This document shows positions 26,140-38,419 of a stretch of DNA of 64,000 nt, piece by piece. The position numbers and the translations under genes are program-made. The notes below the pieces were generated by a model that was given only the letters and a program-made list of their open reading frames with translations, made no database searches and was not told the DNA's origin. The stretch comes from Rhynchobatus australiae (taxonomy: Eukaryota), in contig JAUZTB010000017.1 in NCBI GenBank assembly GCA_034780895.1, positions 22,363,590 through 22,427,589 of the forward strand. Reading direction: 5' to 3'. The first letter of the stretch is position 1, and every line of letters begins with the position of its first letter.

Positions 26140-26940
26140 GGTAATTAAGACAAAAACCTGATCCTTTTAGACCTATTTGTAGATCTTCATCCAGCTGGTT
26201 GTCTCTGCACTTACCTGGTTTCATTCTTATCCAGTTGTAGAGAAAACCAAGAGTAATGTCTTCTCTTCTCAAGTTCTCATTATCTTTGGTGCTATTCCCA
26301 GGATCTATCCTTGGCTCCCTTCTGTTTGTCGTCAACCAGGCAGTTCACTACTATTCAAGTGTGTTTTAGACTCATGCCTGTGCCACGACCAGGTTGGCTT
26401 ATATTCAGCTCTGCAACATTACCTGACTGCTGCAACCTTCATTCATGCTTTTTTTGCCTCTAAACTTGATGATTCCATCCAAGACCTGATTGGTTTCCCT
26501 TACTTTGTTTTCTGAAAAAATTGAGGCTATCCAAAGCTTGTGTCCTCACTTGTGTCAAGTCTTGTTCACTCTCACCTCCGTGCTTACAGGCTGAGAATGG
26601 CTCCTGGATGACGAATGCCTTGATTTTAAAATTCTCATCCTTGAATTCCAATCCATCTATGGTTTCAAACATTTCTACATCTGTAATCTCCTGTAGCAGA
26701 TCGATGTCCTTTTCATTCTGACTTCCTCCTCATTCCCAGAACTAATCACTCTACTGACTGTGCCTCCAGTTCCCAAGGGCAAAATAACTTCACTGTCTTG
26801 CCAGCTCCTTTAATACACAACCTAAAAGTAACTTCCTTTGACCAAGCTTCTGCATATATTGCCTTTTGTGACTTTTGAAACTTTTCTTTTCATAATTCTC
26901 TTTTGTAGTGCCATGGAATAGTTTTGTGATATTAAACCTG
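26140..26940 (+). mobile_element. L2-type LINE RT/3' remnant, highly degenerate
   Basis: 'ggtgctattccaggatctatccttggctcccttctgttt' (GVPQGSILGPLLF-like), 'ttcattcatgctttt', 'aatggctcctgg...tgattttaaaattctcatcctt'. Confidence 0.65.
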
Positions 26941-29054
26941 GAAAATAAATTGAAATTATTACTGGGCCAAATTTTTCTGGCCGTATCTGGTGGTCCTGAA
27001 GGGGGCTTTCAGTGTTCAGCCATTCCTCTTCAAGTAAATCCTGGGACATGCTGAGTGATAGATGCTGGCACATCTCTCCCACTCTTCCCTGTCTCTGGAC
27101 TCAGCATGGCTCAATGGCATAAGCTTTTCTTGCCAGCATTTCCAGCATTAAACTGTGGGAAATCAGCCACTCCTAATCCACACCAATCATATCTACAGTA
27201 TGTTCAGAGTCTCCAATCATGTGAGTGGGGATTCCTGTCCTTGCAACTGGGAGAAGTAGATCGTTATTTAATTTTACTTTCTTTATTTTAGTGTGTTTTA
27301 ATAATTTCTTAGTCTTTTAATGCATTTGCAATACTTTAAATATTTTCATATTTTAATTATATGCAGCTCTGAATATCAGAGACATTTAAAAACAATTTTT
27401 AAAAATCTCCTGGCTCTCATGGAAGACAAAGCTCCGAGTCCAGCTTCACCTCCCACCACAGGCACACCGGGTGATCTGGGGACAGGGCCTCAGCAGTATG
27501 TCACCTGAGACCTAACCTCGCAAGGCCACACTTGGGGTGGGGGGGGGTGGTTGCCAACTGTCAAATCTGTATCAACCCAGGTAAATGTGGACATTTTGGT
27601 TAATGCTAATACATAAAATTAATTTGTTTTCATTTAAAACTGCCTTTATGAAGGCATTTTATACAATTATCTAGTTAAAACTATGTGCTTATATTTATAA
27701 GGGAAAAAGCTATATAATTTATATGTAATGTGTTTAATAACATGTCTGGTTACCAGCTACATCTATATTGATACATGATACACTGTAATTCTTAAAGATT
27801 TGAAGCACATTGCAAACAAAATACTGAGATTAATAAAAATGTATGTGGCTGAATACAGGAAAATTAATGAAAGAAATAATGTTAACATGGAGGTAAATAG
27901 AATAAGACAAAGGGATGAACTGTATGCAGATAAGTGAATATCTGTTAGTTTTAAGAAGCATCTTTAATTCAACTTATCAGAAAGTATTTAAGAACTTTAA
28001 TATGAATGTGTTGAAACTGAGATATCAGACTTAAAATCCATTTATGTAAAAAAGTAAGTTTAGGAACAAAGGAAGGTAATTCAACTCTCTCCAGATGAAG
28101 TCCTTTTTCTGAATTTATGTTCAAGACAGATTAGTCTGGATCAGTGCCAAGTGCATATCCTTCTTCCCTAATCAGCAACATATCCATTTCTGTCTTGAAA
28201 GCTTCCACAGATTGTATGTTTTAGTAGCATATATTCCATCAGTTTACAAACCTACATGTGAAAAAGAAGTTGAATCTTAAGTCATGTCCTGCTTGAGACT
28301 TCCTAAGCCTATAATTATGACCCCTGCTTCTTTACTTCCTGTGAGGGACCAGTGCCCAACAAGGGACTCACGCACAGGAGGCAATTGACCCCAAGAGCAA
28401 TCCTGTCTTCCTCTGTTTAGACATACTTAGCAATTTGCCCAAGATGCAGCACTGATGTCATTTGTGGAGTTTTTTTTTCTAAGGCTGGCCGTCTATCCTG
28501 AGGAGGACATTTGGGAAACATAAAGCGGAAGGGGAAGCAGTATGTAAAACTCTTCAATGTTAAGACTTTAACTCATAAATCAAGTGTTACTTAAGAAAAC
28601 TAGGTGCAAATCTAAAGTCTGTTACAAATATGTTTACATACTGTAACATCCAAAAACTGCTGATACACTGGTTTCACTACACCGTAAATTTGTCTTGAAG
28701 ATAAGCCAATGACCAGGAGATTCATTAGGGTTTGTTTGATAATAAATAGACAGCAGAAAATGCTAGANNNNNNNNNNAGAAGAGGTAGAATAACGAAAAT
28801 TATGCACAGAGGGCCAAACATAGACATTAGGTTAAGTGCCTTTACAGCTCTTGTTATAATCCAGGAGGTACATTAATGCTTTACCCCCACAGCCTGCTGA
28901 ACTCTCTGTCTCCTCTGACTCCTTCAGCATAATGATGACTCAAACCATCACGAGAATTGGAGCCCCCAGCAGCCAATGCCCACCCACTTCCCCACCCTAC
29001 AGAGTGGAGTAGATCAAATCATCTTGTCCTGCAGAACCACCCTGCCCACCTATG

Positions 29055-29490
29055 CAACCTGTGCTTGTTACTTTCTGGAACATTTTTTTACTATGCCTTT
29101 ATAAAACATACATTTCCAACATGGACTGGACTTTGAGATGTATCCACTCTTCTTCTCCTTTTGGATGATGGAGATTGTACATTTAGGATTTGTGCTACTT
29201 AAATTTCAGCAAGTTGTAGCAATCTATCCCTTAGATAATACAGAGTGCAGTGAACAGGTGAGAGTTTGGAAGTTCGAGGTTGTGGATGGGCTGCTGAAGG
29301 TGCAGAGTTTGGTCTGGATGGGGATGAATGTTGTTGCCGCTGAATCCTTTCAGACAAATGAAGAGAATTCATCACATTCCCACTTTGCGGCTTGGAGGTG
29401 ATGGAAAACCTTTGTTGAATCAGGAGGTAGCACTTGCTGCAAAACATTCAGCTTATGTCCTGCACTACTAGCCATACCAGTTACATGACA
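29055..29490 (-). mobile_element. CR1-group LINE 3' remnant (same family as 47990-49400)
   Basis: Shares degenerate motifs with 48000-48520, e.g. 'cagcaagttgtagcaatc', 'gtggatggg', 'gatggaaaacctttg'. Confidence 0.5.
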
Positions 29491-30704
29491 GGTTTACTTG
29501 AATTTTGGGTCAACCTCTGACAGAGGATACATTGAGTTTTGGGAAGGTAGATGGATTCAGACCAGGGGTGAAAAGTACATATGGCCCAGCAGGTATATTC
29601 CTTCCTAAATTACAGGTCCTCTACATATTCAGTCTACAGACTATTTTGGAGAAATTTTATGCGATTGTTTTAAAATTACATCATCACATACCCACATTTT
29701 CTCCATTTAGAAAGTAATTCTACAAAATGCATTCTACTTTTTGCAGCAAAGAATATCCACAATGTCCATTTTATATAATTATCATGCAGGCCTGTCACTG
29801 TTGATCCTGATTGTGAATTTTACCCCCCAAAACTGGGTCTGTGCAGTTAATACTTAAGTTTTGCATTACTACATCATTAAAAGAAACCTAGTTCCGTCAG
29901 TGGCATTAAGCTTTGTAAACAAATGCAACAAAAAGCTTAATATTTCTGCACCATTTTGGCTTTCATCATCTGGCAGGTCTATCAAAAAATAAATATATTT
30001 TAAAAGTTTAGTCATAATTAGCTTGCATTGTAGGAGAGTATTAGAATTGTATTTTTATAATTTTTTGTATTAGAACTAGAATTGTATTTTCCTTCTTTTC
30101 TTTGTCATATTCTTTCAAAATGGAATTTTATACGCACATCTTCATCAGTGCAACTAATACAGTTTGTACATAAAGTAGACGTCACTGGGCTGGCTAATTC
30201 CCTTGACCTGATTTATCATCTTTTGAGCAACAAAACCATTACAATTTTCAAAATGATAAAAAAAACAAGATATATGCAGGGTAAATAATGCATTAATGGT
30301 GGAAATTAACTGCCCAATTTTGGTAATTTTATAGAGCCTAATCATTACAAACAGGGAACTGGCAGAACTCCAAAGGATGGCAATGGAAACATTTTGCCAA
30401 CTGCTTTTCACTTGGCCCTGCCACTTCAACGATTACTCACCAGAAGTAACAGGGTGTATAGAGTTTGCTTGTTCAAATGCCATGAAAAATGCCAGAGAAA
30501 CAGTTTGGCTGCACCCAAATTCTGGGGTCATCAACCCTTTCCTGTGGTACGTTTCCTAGGATGGCAAGTGCTCTCATGACTTGGATTAAGTGAAAATTTG
30601 TCATGCCCAAGTTTTGATAATAAGTATCAGTAACCTATTCATCACATCCAGACTCAATTCTATGCTTATGCCATATTCACATATGCATTTCAGCAGAGCT
30701 CAAC

Positions 30705-30880
30705 AGATGCAAGAGAATGCAGATGCTGTAATCTGGAGCAAAAAACAAACTGCCTGAGGAACTCAGTGGGTCAGGCAGCAAGTTACTCATGCAAGGTCTC
30801 AGCCTGAAACATTGACCATCAATCTACCTCTATAGATGCTGCCTGACCTGCTGAGTTCCTCCAGCAGTTTGTTTCTTTGA
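30705..30880. mobile_element. Penelope-terminal-repeat-derived fold-back element
   Basis: Arms 30743-30780 and 30837-30874 are about 34/38 reverse-complementary. Confidence 0.8.
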
Positions 30881-31179
30881 TCAACACATTGTAATTATGT
30901 ATATGAATTCTGGCTCAATTTTTACTGGGACACAGGCTAAATATAGCACATTTCATGGTCTACCACTGATGCTGACTAACTTGCACCATATTTTCTTGGT
31001 TTCTGCAGCTCAACCTGAATAACACTGTGGAGCTATCAGAATAGAGTGTTGTCACATTAAGCCCTTTAATCCACAGTGGGAGGAGGACAGTGACTACAGG
31101 AGAGTGATGTGACTGCTAACTGTTTGAATAACCCAGATACAAAACTGAATTAAATGCATAATTAAGTTTGACTGTAAAA

Positions 31180-31350
31180 AAAAGAATGCTGGAAACATTC
31201 AGCAGGTCAGGTTGCATCTGTGGAAAGAGAAACAGAGTTAATACTTCAGGTCAAAGGATCTTACACAGATGCTGTCTAACCTGCTGAGTGTTTCCATCAT
31301 TTTTTTGTCTTTACAATTATTTTACTTCAGACTTCCAGCATCTGCGCTTT
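31180..31350. mobile_element. Penelope-terminal-repeat-derived fold-back element
   Basis: 'atgctggaaacattcagcaggtcaggttgcatctgtg' versus 'cacagatgctgtctaacctgctgagtgtttccatcat' (about 31/37 complementary). Confidence 0.75.
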
Positions 31351-32664
31351 ATTGACATTAATTGAATATTATTGCTTATTTCTGGCAGATACCATTGAAT
31401 TCAATAACCATGTGGGAAAATACAACATCAGATTAAAAAGACAATTAATTGGTCTGCTGCTTTTATTTTCCAAATTTTATTTAACACTCAATTATTCCAT
31501 TTCTCCATTGGAACAGTACACATTAGTGACATGATTTACCATAAAGAATAAAAGCAAGACTTTAATTCTTTTAAGGGAGCTCTGGTTATGCTTGATTGTT
31601 AGAGTTATGACATGCAGCCAATGAACAGCAACAAAATGGATGCTGTCCCTGAAAATGGAGGGCTTGAAATATTTATGAAACATTTGACATATGATATCAA
31701 TGTGTTTTAATTTAAATGCATCTCTCTGTTATATTGAATTAGGCAATAATGAATGACAAGGTCAATGCTATTGGTAGGATTTTGTGAGCAGAAACTTAAT
31801 TCAAGTACATGATTAATTGCAGACAGAGCAGGGTCAGTTTAATGAATGTTCCATTCAGTAGAACAACACTTCCTTGGTCACCAGCTGATTGCTTAGTAAC
31901 AGTTAACTGTAGGCCTTAGCTTGGGCATTGGGGATTGAACTGACTGCCCCAGTCTGCGATGGACATTCCACTGACATGTTGCAGTTGTAACTGTATCCAG
32001 TAAGGCTGATTCTTTCTTTACTTAAACATTTTTTGTTTATTTTGTTTAGCTAGTATAAGGGTCAAGCCACAAGATACAAGCTTGTCAATTGTGTTTTTTC
32101 TAAAAGGCAAATATTTTATGCAGCTCCCCCAAGTGTTTATTATTACAATTTACTCTCATCTCATGCAAAACAGTGATTTATTGTGAATTTAAGGTAAAAG
32201 CATAATTAACAATCTTTTTTAAAGGAAGATACAATGTTTAAGTGCAATTACGCCTTATGTGAGCTAAGTTGTGCCCCATCATGAAGGGGCTGGATCACGT
32301 AGACAGCTGACCCATGGCTCTGTGGAAAACCATTCTCCGTGTGCAGTGTGCACGTCAGTTCGTTCTGGATGACTGCGCCTGCTCAGTGCAGTGCAGAGTA
32401 TAGAACGGGCTGGATGTCAGATGCCAGTGCATCTGATCTCCCACCCCATCACTGGACTCAACACTGAGTTNNNNNNNNNNTGAAGTCCCACCCCTGAACT
32501 CAGTGCTGACTTCAGTGGAGGTTCTTTATGATACTAAGCTGAGGGACTGAATACATTTTATTTTCAGTCCCTCAACTTCACCCCTGCCATTTCTAGTGCA
32601 CCCCTATTCATTTGACTATGGTCACTGACCTTCATTAAAAAGGTAGGTGAGGCTAAGCGGTTAT

Positions 32665-33130
32665 TTTCCTTGAGCAACCAGCAATCTACTGGAGGACCTC
32701 AGCAGGTCCAGCAGCATCCATAGGGGGAAAGGAATTGTTGACGCTATGCGTCAAAACCCTACATCAGGACCAAGAGTGGAGAAGGGAGATGGTTGGTATA
32801 AAGAAGAGAGGGGGAGTGGTGAGACTGGAGCCCAATATGATTGGTGGACTGAGGAGGGGTGAAAGATTGCGTCTGGCAGGGGAGGGGAGAGAAGGTGAGG
32901 GGTTGGGAGACAGCAGCAGGTGGATGATAGATGGAAGCAAAGAGAAAGAAATAAAATAAAAATGAGAGTCAGATGGAGCGAGGTGGGGGGAGGGAATTGT
33001 GAAGGTTGGAGACAGCTGCTGGAAGGTGATAAGCAGGAACACAAAGGGTTGCCAATGCTGGAATCTGATAAGTAAAGGAGGTGACAATGGGAATCATTAG
33101 GGGAGAGGTGAATGGCAGATGGAATGAGAA
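32665..33130 (-). mobile_element. Penelope-like terminal repeat / 3' UTR fragment
   Basis: Reverse complement resembles 41690-42190 (pyrimidine-rich UTR, decayed CTGATG...GTC motif at 32735-32770). Confidence 0.7.
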
Positions 33131-33179
33131 ATATTATTCTTCCATGTTTATTTTCTTCCTTTATTTTAATTAATATTAA

Positions 33180-33330
33180 TCATTCCAAAGATGCACGGGT
33201 TAGGAAGTTGTGGGCATGCTATGTTGGTGCCGGAAGCGTGGTGACACATGCGGGCTGCACTCTATGCAAAAAAGATGCATTTCACTGTGTGCTTTGATGT
33301 ACATGTGACTAATAAAGAAATCTTATCTTA
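33180..33330 (+). mobile_element. V-SINE 3' portion
   Basis: 'cattccaaagatgcacgggttaggaagttgtgggcatgctatgttgg...tttcactgtgtgctttgatgtacatgtgactaataaag', same family as 55368-55648. Confidence 0.85.
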
Positions 33331-33730
33331 TTGACATCCCAAAGCTTTTCCACCATAGACTAGTCAGGAGCATGATGAAAAAACCTCCACTTGTGCCAAC
33401 AGCTTTAAAGAAGCTCAGTGTCATCCAGGACAAAGTAGCCTGCTTGATTGGGACCCCATCCATCACACCAAACTTTCTTTCCTCCACCACTAGTGGATGA
33501 TGACTGAAATCATGGAGTTGCACAGCACAGATACGGGCCATCCAAATGCAATTGGAAATATATCACCGGTCCTTCATTATTTCTGGGGCTAAGTCCTGGA
33601 ACTCCCTACCTTTATAGCATCATGGGAGAAGGACTGCAGCAGTTTCAGTAGATGCTCTACCAACATTCTTGTAAAGGACAGTAAGGGATAGACACTAAAT
33701 GTTCGTCTTTCCTGCAACAGCCACATTCTG
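33330..33730 (+). mobile_element. CR1-group LINE 3' end
   Basis: 'aagctcagtgtcatccaggacaaagtagcctgcttgattgggacccc' (IQDK.A.LIG motif) plus 3' UTR, complementary to 48000-48400. Confidence 0.7.
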
Positions 33731-34544
33731 AAGAAATTAGGAAATTTTATTTTAAAAAGTCATATCAATGATTCAAAGCACAACCATTCTGCCCAGGAAG
33801 TTGTAAATGATTTAGTTTCAGGACCAACTCAGTCAGTGGCACACCTCACTGAGTTCAGACTAGCCCCTTTGGAAGTGGTGACTTCCAATGTCTTTCACTG
33901 GTTGGCTTCAGGATTCCAGTGTTGTTCAACTCAGCCTAGCAGACAGGAAGGGACCTGACCCAGTGGGCCCCTGTGTAAGCAAGCAGTTCAAACAACAGAC
34001 TCAAGCACAAATATTTTCAAAAAGAGAATTTTTTTTTTCCAATATCAATTGGGTGAGCTGGTGAAATATAAAGTAATCCAGCTTAAGACTCATAATCATT
34101 ATTTCAAGGCATTCTCATATGGTGTAGCAGTTCTTTGTCACTGCATGAAATAATCCCTCCTTTAGAAGTAATCAGTAAGGTTAAAAAAAAATCCCTTTGC
34201 TTCCGCTTGCTCTTTTGAAACAGCCTGTAATGTATCATATCCATACTATCCTGTGTGTGGTCCTTCAGTGCATGTAAATCTGAATGAGTTAGCCTGTGAC
34301 ACTGAATTTATTGGCCAGAAGTCAGGAGACTCAGTTTTTAGACAGCCTAGAGAAAATAATATTGTCACTGACTGAATTAGGGGACCACATTTCTGTTATG
34401 GTTTCCAGAATTCCTCTTTAAGTGTTTTATTTTATCACTTTCATTATCTAAAACAATCTGCAAAACTTAAATTGAAATGTCATCCATTTTACCTTCTCCT
34501 GGGAAATGAGCAAAGTAGGGAGTTGGAATGCTACCCTCTCCAAT

Positions 34545-34960
34545 AGCCATTTGGCTCAGCCAGTAGCAGTCTTGCCCAAGTCACAAGGTCAAAGTTTAAA
34601 CCTCACTCCAGCAGCAAGGGACATAATCTAGACTGTCCTTTCTGATGCAGTACTGAGGCGGCACACTGCATTGTCAGAATTGTTATTTCTCAGATGAGCT
34701 TTTTGTCACTTCCACTAATTCAGATGGGTGTAATGTTTTCCGTGATACTGAATGAAAATATTCAGAGAAGTTCTAGTTGTGACCCCGTCAACATTCATAC
34801 CCCAATATTAAGACAGATGACCTTTGTCTCATTCATTATTGTGGGACCATGGAGCTGTACTCTCTGACAAAATATTGCAAAAACATAAGAAGTCGTAACG
34901 ATTGTAATTCATTTGGCCTCTCAAACATGCTCGGCCATTCAGAAAGATCATGCCTGATTA
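34545..34960 (+). mobile_element. Deu-domain SINE (SacSINE1/AmnSINE-like), degenerate
   Basis: tRNA-like head 'tggctcagccagtagc', then 'gcagtactgaggcggcacactgcattgtcaga...tctcagatgag', resembling the Deu core. Confidence 0.6.
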
Positions 34961-35987
34961 CTTCTTCAAGTCCACTTCCCCACCTGATCCACCAAATCCC
35001 AGTGGCTGCACATCGGAAAATAAACACTGGTTGTAAAATAATTTAGGATGCTTGGCAGATGTGGTAAAAAGTATGTAATTGCAAGTTTATTTGCACTGCT
35101 ATTTTGGGAAGGTTCATGACTTACACTGACAGGAAACAATAAAGTTGAAAAGAGTAAAACTGATAGTCTTGTAATGATTCCAGACGTGGAGTTTGCAGGC
35201 TGAAAATTCCAGGAAGAAGCAAAGATAAAGGGAGATTCTGCATGTACGATGTTAAATCCTTGGAAGGAATGCAATAGAGCAGGACACAAATTGTGATTTC
35301 AACGCTGAGGAAACACAGCAGCGATGCAAATCTAGCCTTGTAAAAACAGAAGAAGAAATTCAAAGAAGCAGCAGACATTTAGCACTGATAAATCTGACAG
35401 ACATGAGGCAGTGTACATAGAGTGAAAGGGCAAACAAGGAATATGATATGGAGTATTAAAATTTAGATAATTGTGACATTGCAAAAAAATCTCATGAAGC
35501 TGATCAAATGGGCTATCCTGAGAAAAGGCAACAAGCTCCTGTGCACAGGTAATGTCTTTCTAAAGTTGTAGGTCTGGTATCCACCTGACGTAATAATATT
35601 CAAGGCCAAATTACTTCCAATAAAATCATTTCATTCCTCAGTAATTGATGAAAACACCCATATACTCAATAAAAAATGGCTGTAAGAAACAAGTAGATAT
35701 GAGTATTTTAATAAAAAAAGAAAATTGTATTTTTCTGTAGTTCCTTTCAGAACCCCGGGTCATCCAAAGCACCTTAAATCCCACAAGGCACTTTAGAAGT
35801 GTTTGCCACTGTTTTAAAGCAGGGAATACGGCAGCTAATTGGAAGCTCCCACAAAGAGCCATGTAGCAAGTGAAATTTCATCCAGAGATGGATGCACTTA
35901 AAGAGGTGTAACAAGAGGATATATAATAAATAGTATGATATTGAGTGGTGTAGAGGAACAGAGGACCCTTCAAAAGATTTCCTTAGA

Positions 35988-36181
35988 AGTCACATGTACA
36001 TCGAAACACACAGTGAAATGCATCTTTTACGTAGAGTGCTCTGGGGGCAGCCCGCAAGTATTGCCATGCTTCCGTAGCATGCCCACAACTTCCTAACCTG
36101 TACTTCTTTGGAATGTGGGAGGAAACCGGAGCACCCGGAGGAAACCCATGCAGTCACGGGGAGAATGTACAAACTCCTTAC
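35988..36181 (-). mobile_element. V-SINE, head lost in gap
   Basis: V-domain 'ttctccccgtgactgcatgggtttcctccgggtgctccggtttcctcccacattcc' and tail 'tttcactgtgtgtttcgatgtacatgtgact'. Confidence 0.85.
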
Positions 36182-38345
36182 NNNNNNNNNNNNNNNNNNN
36201 NNNNNNNNNNNNNNNNNNNNNNNNNNNNNNNNNNNNNNNNNNNNNNNNNNNNNNNNNNNNNNNNNNNNNNNNNNNNNNNNNGTAGTCCAAGGTTCCACCA
36301 TCTGAGGCCGAGTTAGTGCTCACAGACCACTCTGCTTTGGAGGCTGACAGAAACAGTGACACCTTCCGAACATTGGGAGCCACACAGCCACAAAATGGTA
36401 GATGTAACTGCTGGACTTGTGTGGGGTGTGTGATTGAGGAATGGGCCAACACAGACTTATAGACCAATACAGAATAATCATTAATGTGTTGTCCTTTCAC
36501 AACAGTAATTATCCAAAACACCTGGACCATAAATTCAGCTGATGAAGCAGTTATTATAGCAAAGTGGAAGCAGGCAGGCATTATCAGTGGCTCTCAGACA
36601 GATCCTTATTGTCTATGTGCCCAATGTTTGCTCACACCACCTAGCCTGGGTGCCACATAGCTTGGCAGATATGAGAATCAAAGTCCAATGTTAAGGCCTC
36701 CTTAGTTCTCACCATGTAAGCACTGCAAGTATGCCCTACTCATTTGTACATCTAAATAAGAATTTTCAACCCAAATTATTCTGAAAACATCATGATTCTG
36801 AAAAACATTCTGAAAACACTTGTGAAAAGTTATAAATGAGCAATTTATATTCTGCCATAACCAAGATACCACCACAGTCAATTATGGAATTCAGCTGGAA
36901 AAAACCTTATAGTTCACTACCATCTTAAGGGAAAGGGCTTTCACTCGTATTTATGTAATGAATCCTGCTCTAACCAAAGTGTATGAATTAACTGGTTAAA
37001 TACTGTTTTTATCAAGTCAGTAGAAATTCCTTCATCTTTTATAGTTTCACTGGAAGTCTTCTTAAAGAAACATTACAGTTTTTATCTGGTATAAAATTAA
37101 TAGGAAAACCTGAAAGCATAGAATACAAAGTGATGTTGTGGCATGCTATAAGGTTGAGTAGAGTTCAGCAGAGTTTGAGTTTAGTAGGTGGTCTTCAAAA
37201 ACAGTCATTTTTGAATTATTATTCTTAACCACAGCTGTAAAAATAAAATAATTAAATCTACAATCAAATAAATTAAGATCTCAACACAGATAGGTACAAG
37301 GCAAGTACTTGAGCTTCAGCAATTTAAACTTGATCTGAACAACAATGAAAGAGCAGCTGATGCTGTGTATTTGTCAGTATGTTTAAAAAGAATTATTCTT
37401 TCAAATTTGAGAATGGATGGAACAGCAGTTCAATTTTTGCCAGTATTATGTTCACTGTGCTTTGTTTAATGCAGTAGCAACAGAATGCTGGTTATCAATC
37501 AATTTTTGACGAATTCATCATCACTGTTACCTCACTAGCTAGTGATGTAGCCTACAGCAACCAATCCTTTGTCTAATGTGTATGGGTCTCATAAGAACAA
37601 ATGTCTGAAGTTATCTTTTTCTGTCTTCATCTAGCTGCTGTTATGATTTGTCAATGTCAAAAGGAAATGGGCAATATTCGAGGAATGACAGCTGCTGGTA
37701 TTGCTAAACCAATTTTGAAATAACTTACCAATTTCCATTTTGTGCCTATATATTATTAACACTAAAATATGCCTCTTTTTAGTACAGTTATGTAATGCAA
37801 TGATTTTTTTCCATTTTGCACATTACTGACTTTATAAATCTGATAAGAGAGACAAAGTCAAAACTGTAATCATAAACTGTAGAATTGAATATGATGTTTT
37901 CAATCAAGCATAGCAGCACTCATAGCAAGATTGCTTAATGAAATGTTGCAGTTCAGATTTATTAGGGCAAAACAAAGTTACCACAGAGTACAAATTCTGT
38001 CAAGCTGTAAGTGTTTACTGATGATAAATAATAAGGCTATATGTTTTAATCAAAAAAATAAAAGGAATAGTGTCATTAAGATAGCTCATTGTCATATTTG
38101 TCATAAAGTTTGAACTTATATCTATGATGTCAATGAATGTTCAATATTACTTGGCATGTTTCACAAAATCTTAGAATCTGTTGATTAATGCTTACTTGAG
38201 TTAAGAGTAATTTGAATTTAAATAGAACTATTAGAGTTACAATATATTTACCAGAAGCTACACATCACTAAGCAGAACACACTCATTGCCCCAGGCATTA
38301 CATATGCCATCAATTTGTAGCACAGACTACATTAGTACTACTCAC

Positions 38346-38419
38346 TCATTTCTTTCAAGTTCAATGATCAGCTGTTTGCCTTCAGCTTCAATTAGGAATT
38401 TGGCCCACATTGGATGGTT
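38346..38419 (-). CDS. ADAM12: ADAM-family metalloprotease prodomain exon (equivalent to ADAM12 exon 3)
   Basis: Minus strand reads ttttgtatttttaccttag|AACCATCCA...GAAAGAAATGA|gtgagt. 74 bp, phase 0 to phase 2: NHPMWAKFLIEAEGKQLIIELERNE, versus human ADAM12 NHPEVLNIRLQRESKELIINLERNE (recalled). NHP...LERNE favours ADAM12 over ADAM19/ADAM33, but paralog identity needs a phylogeny. Confidence 0.88.
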
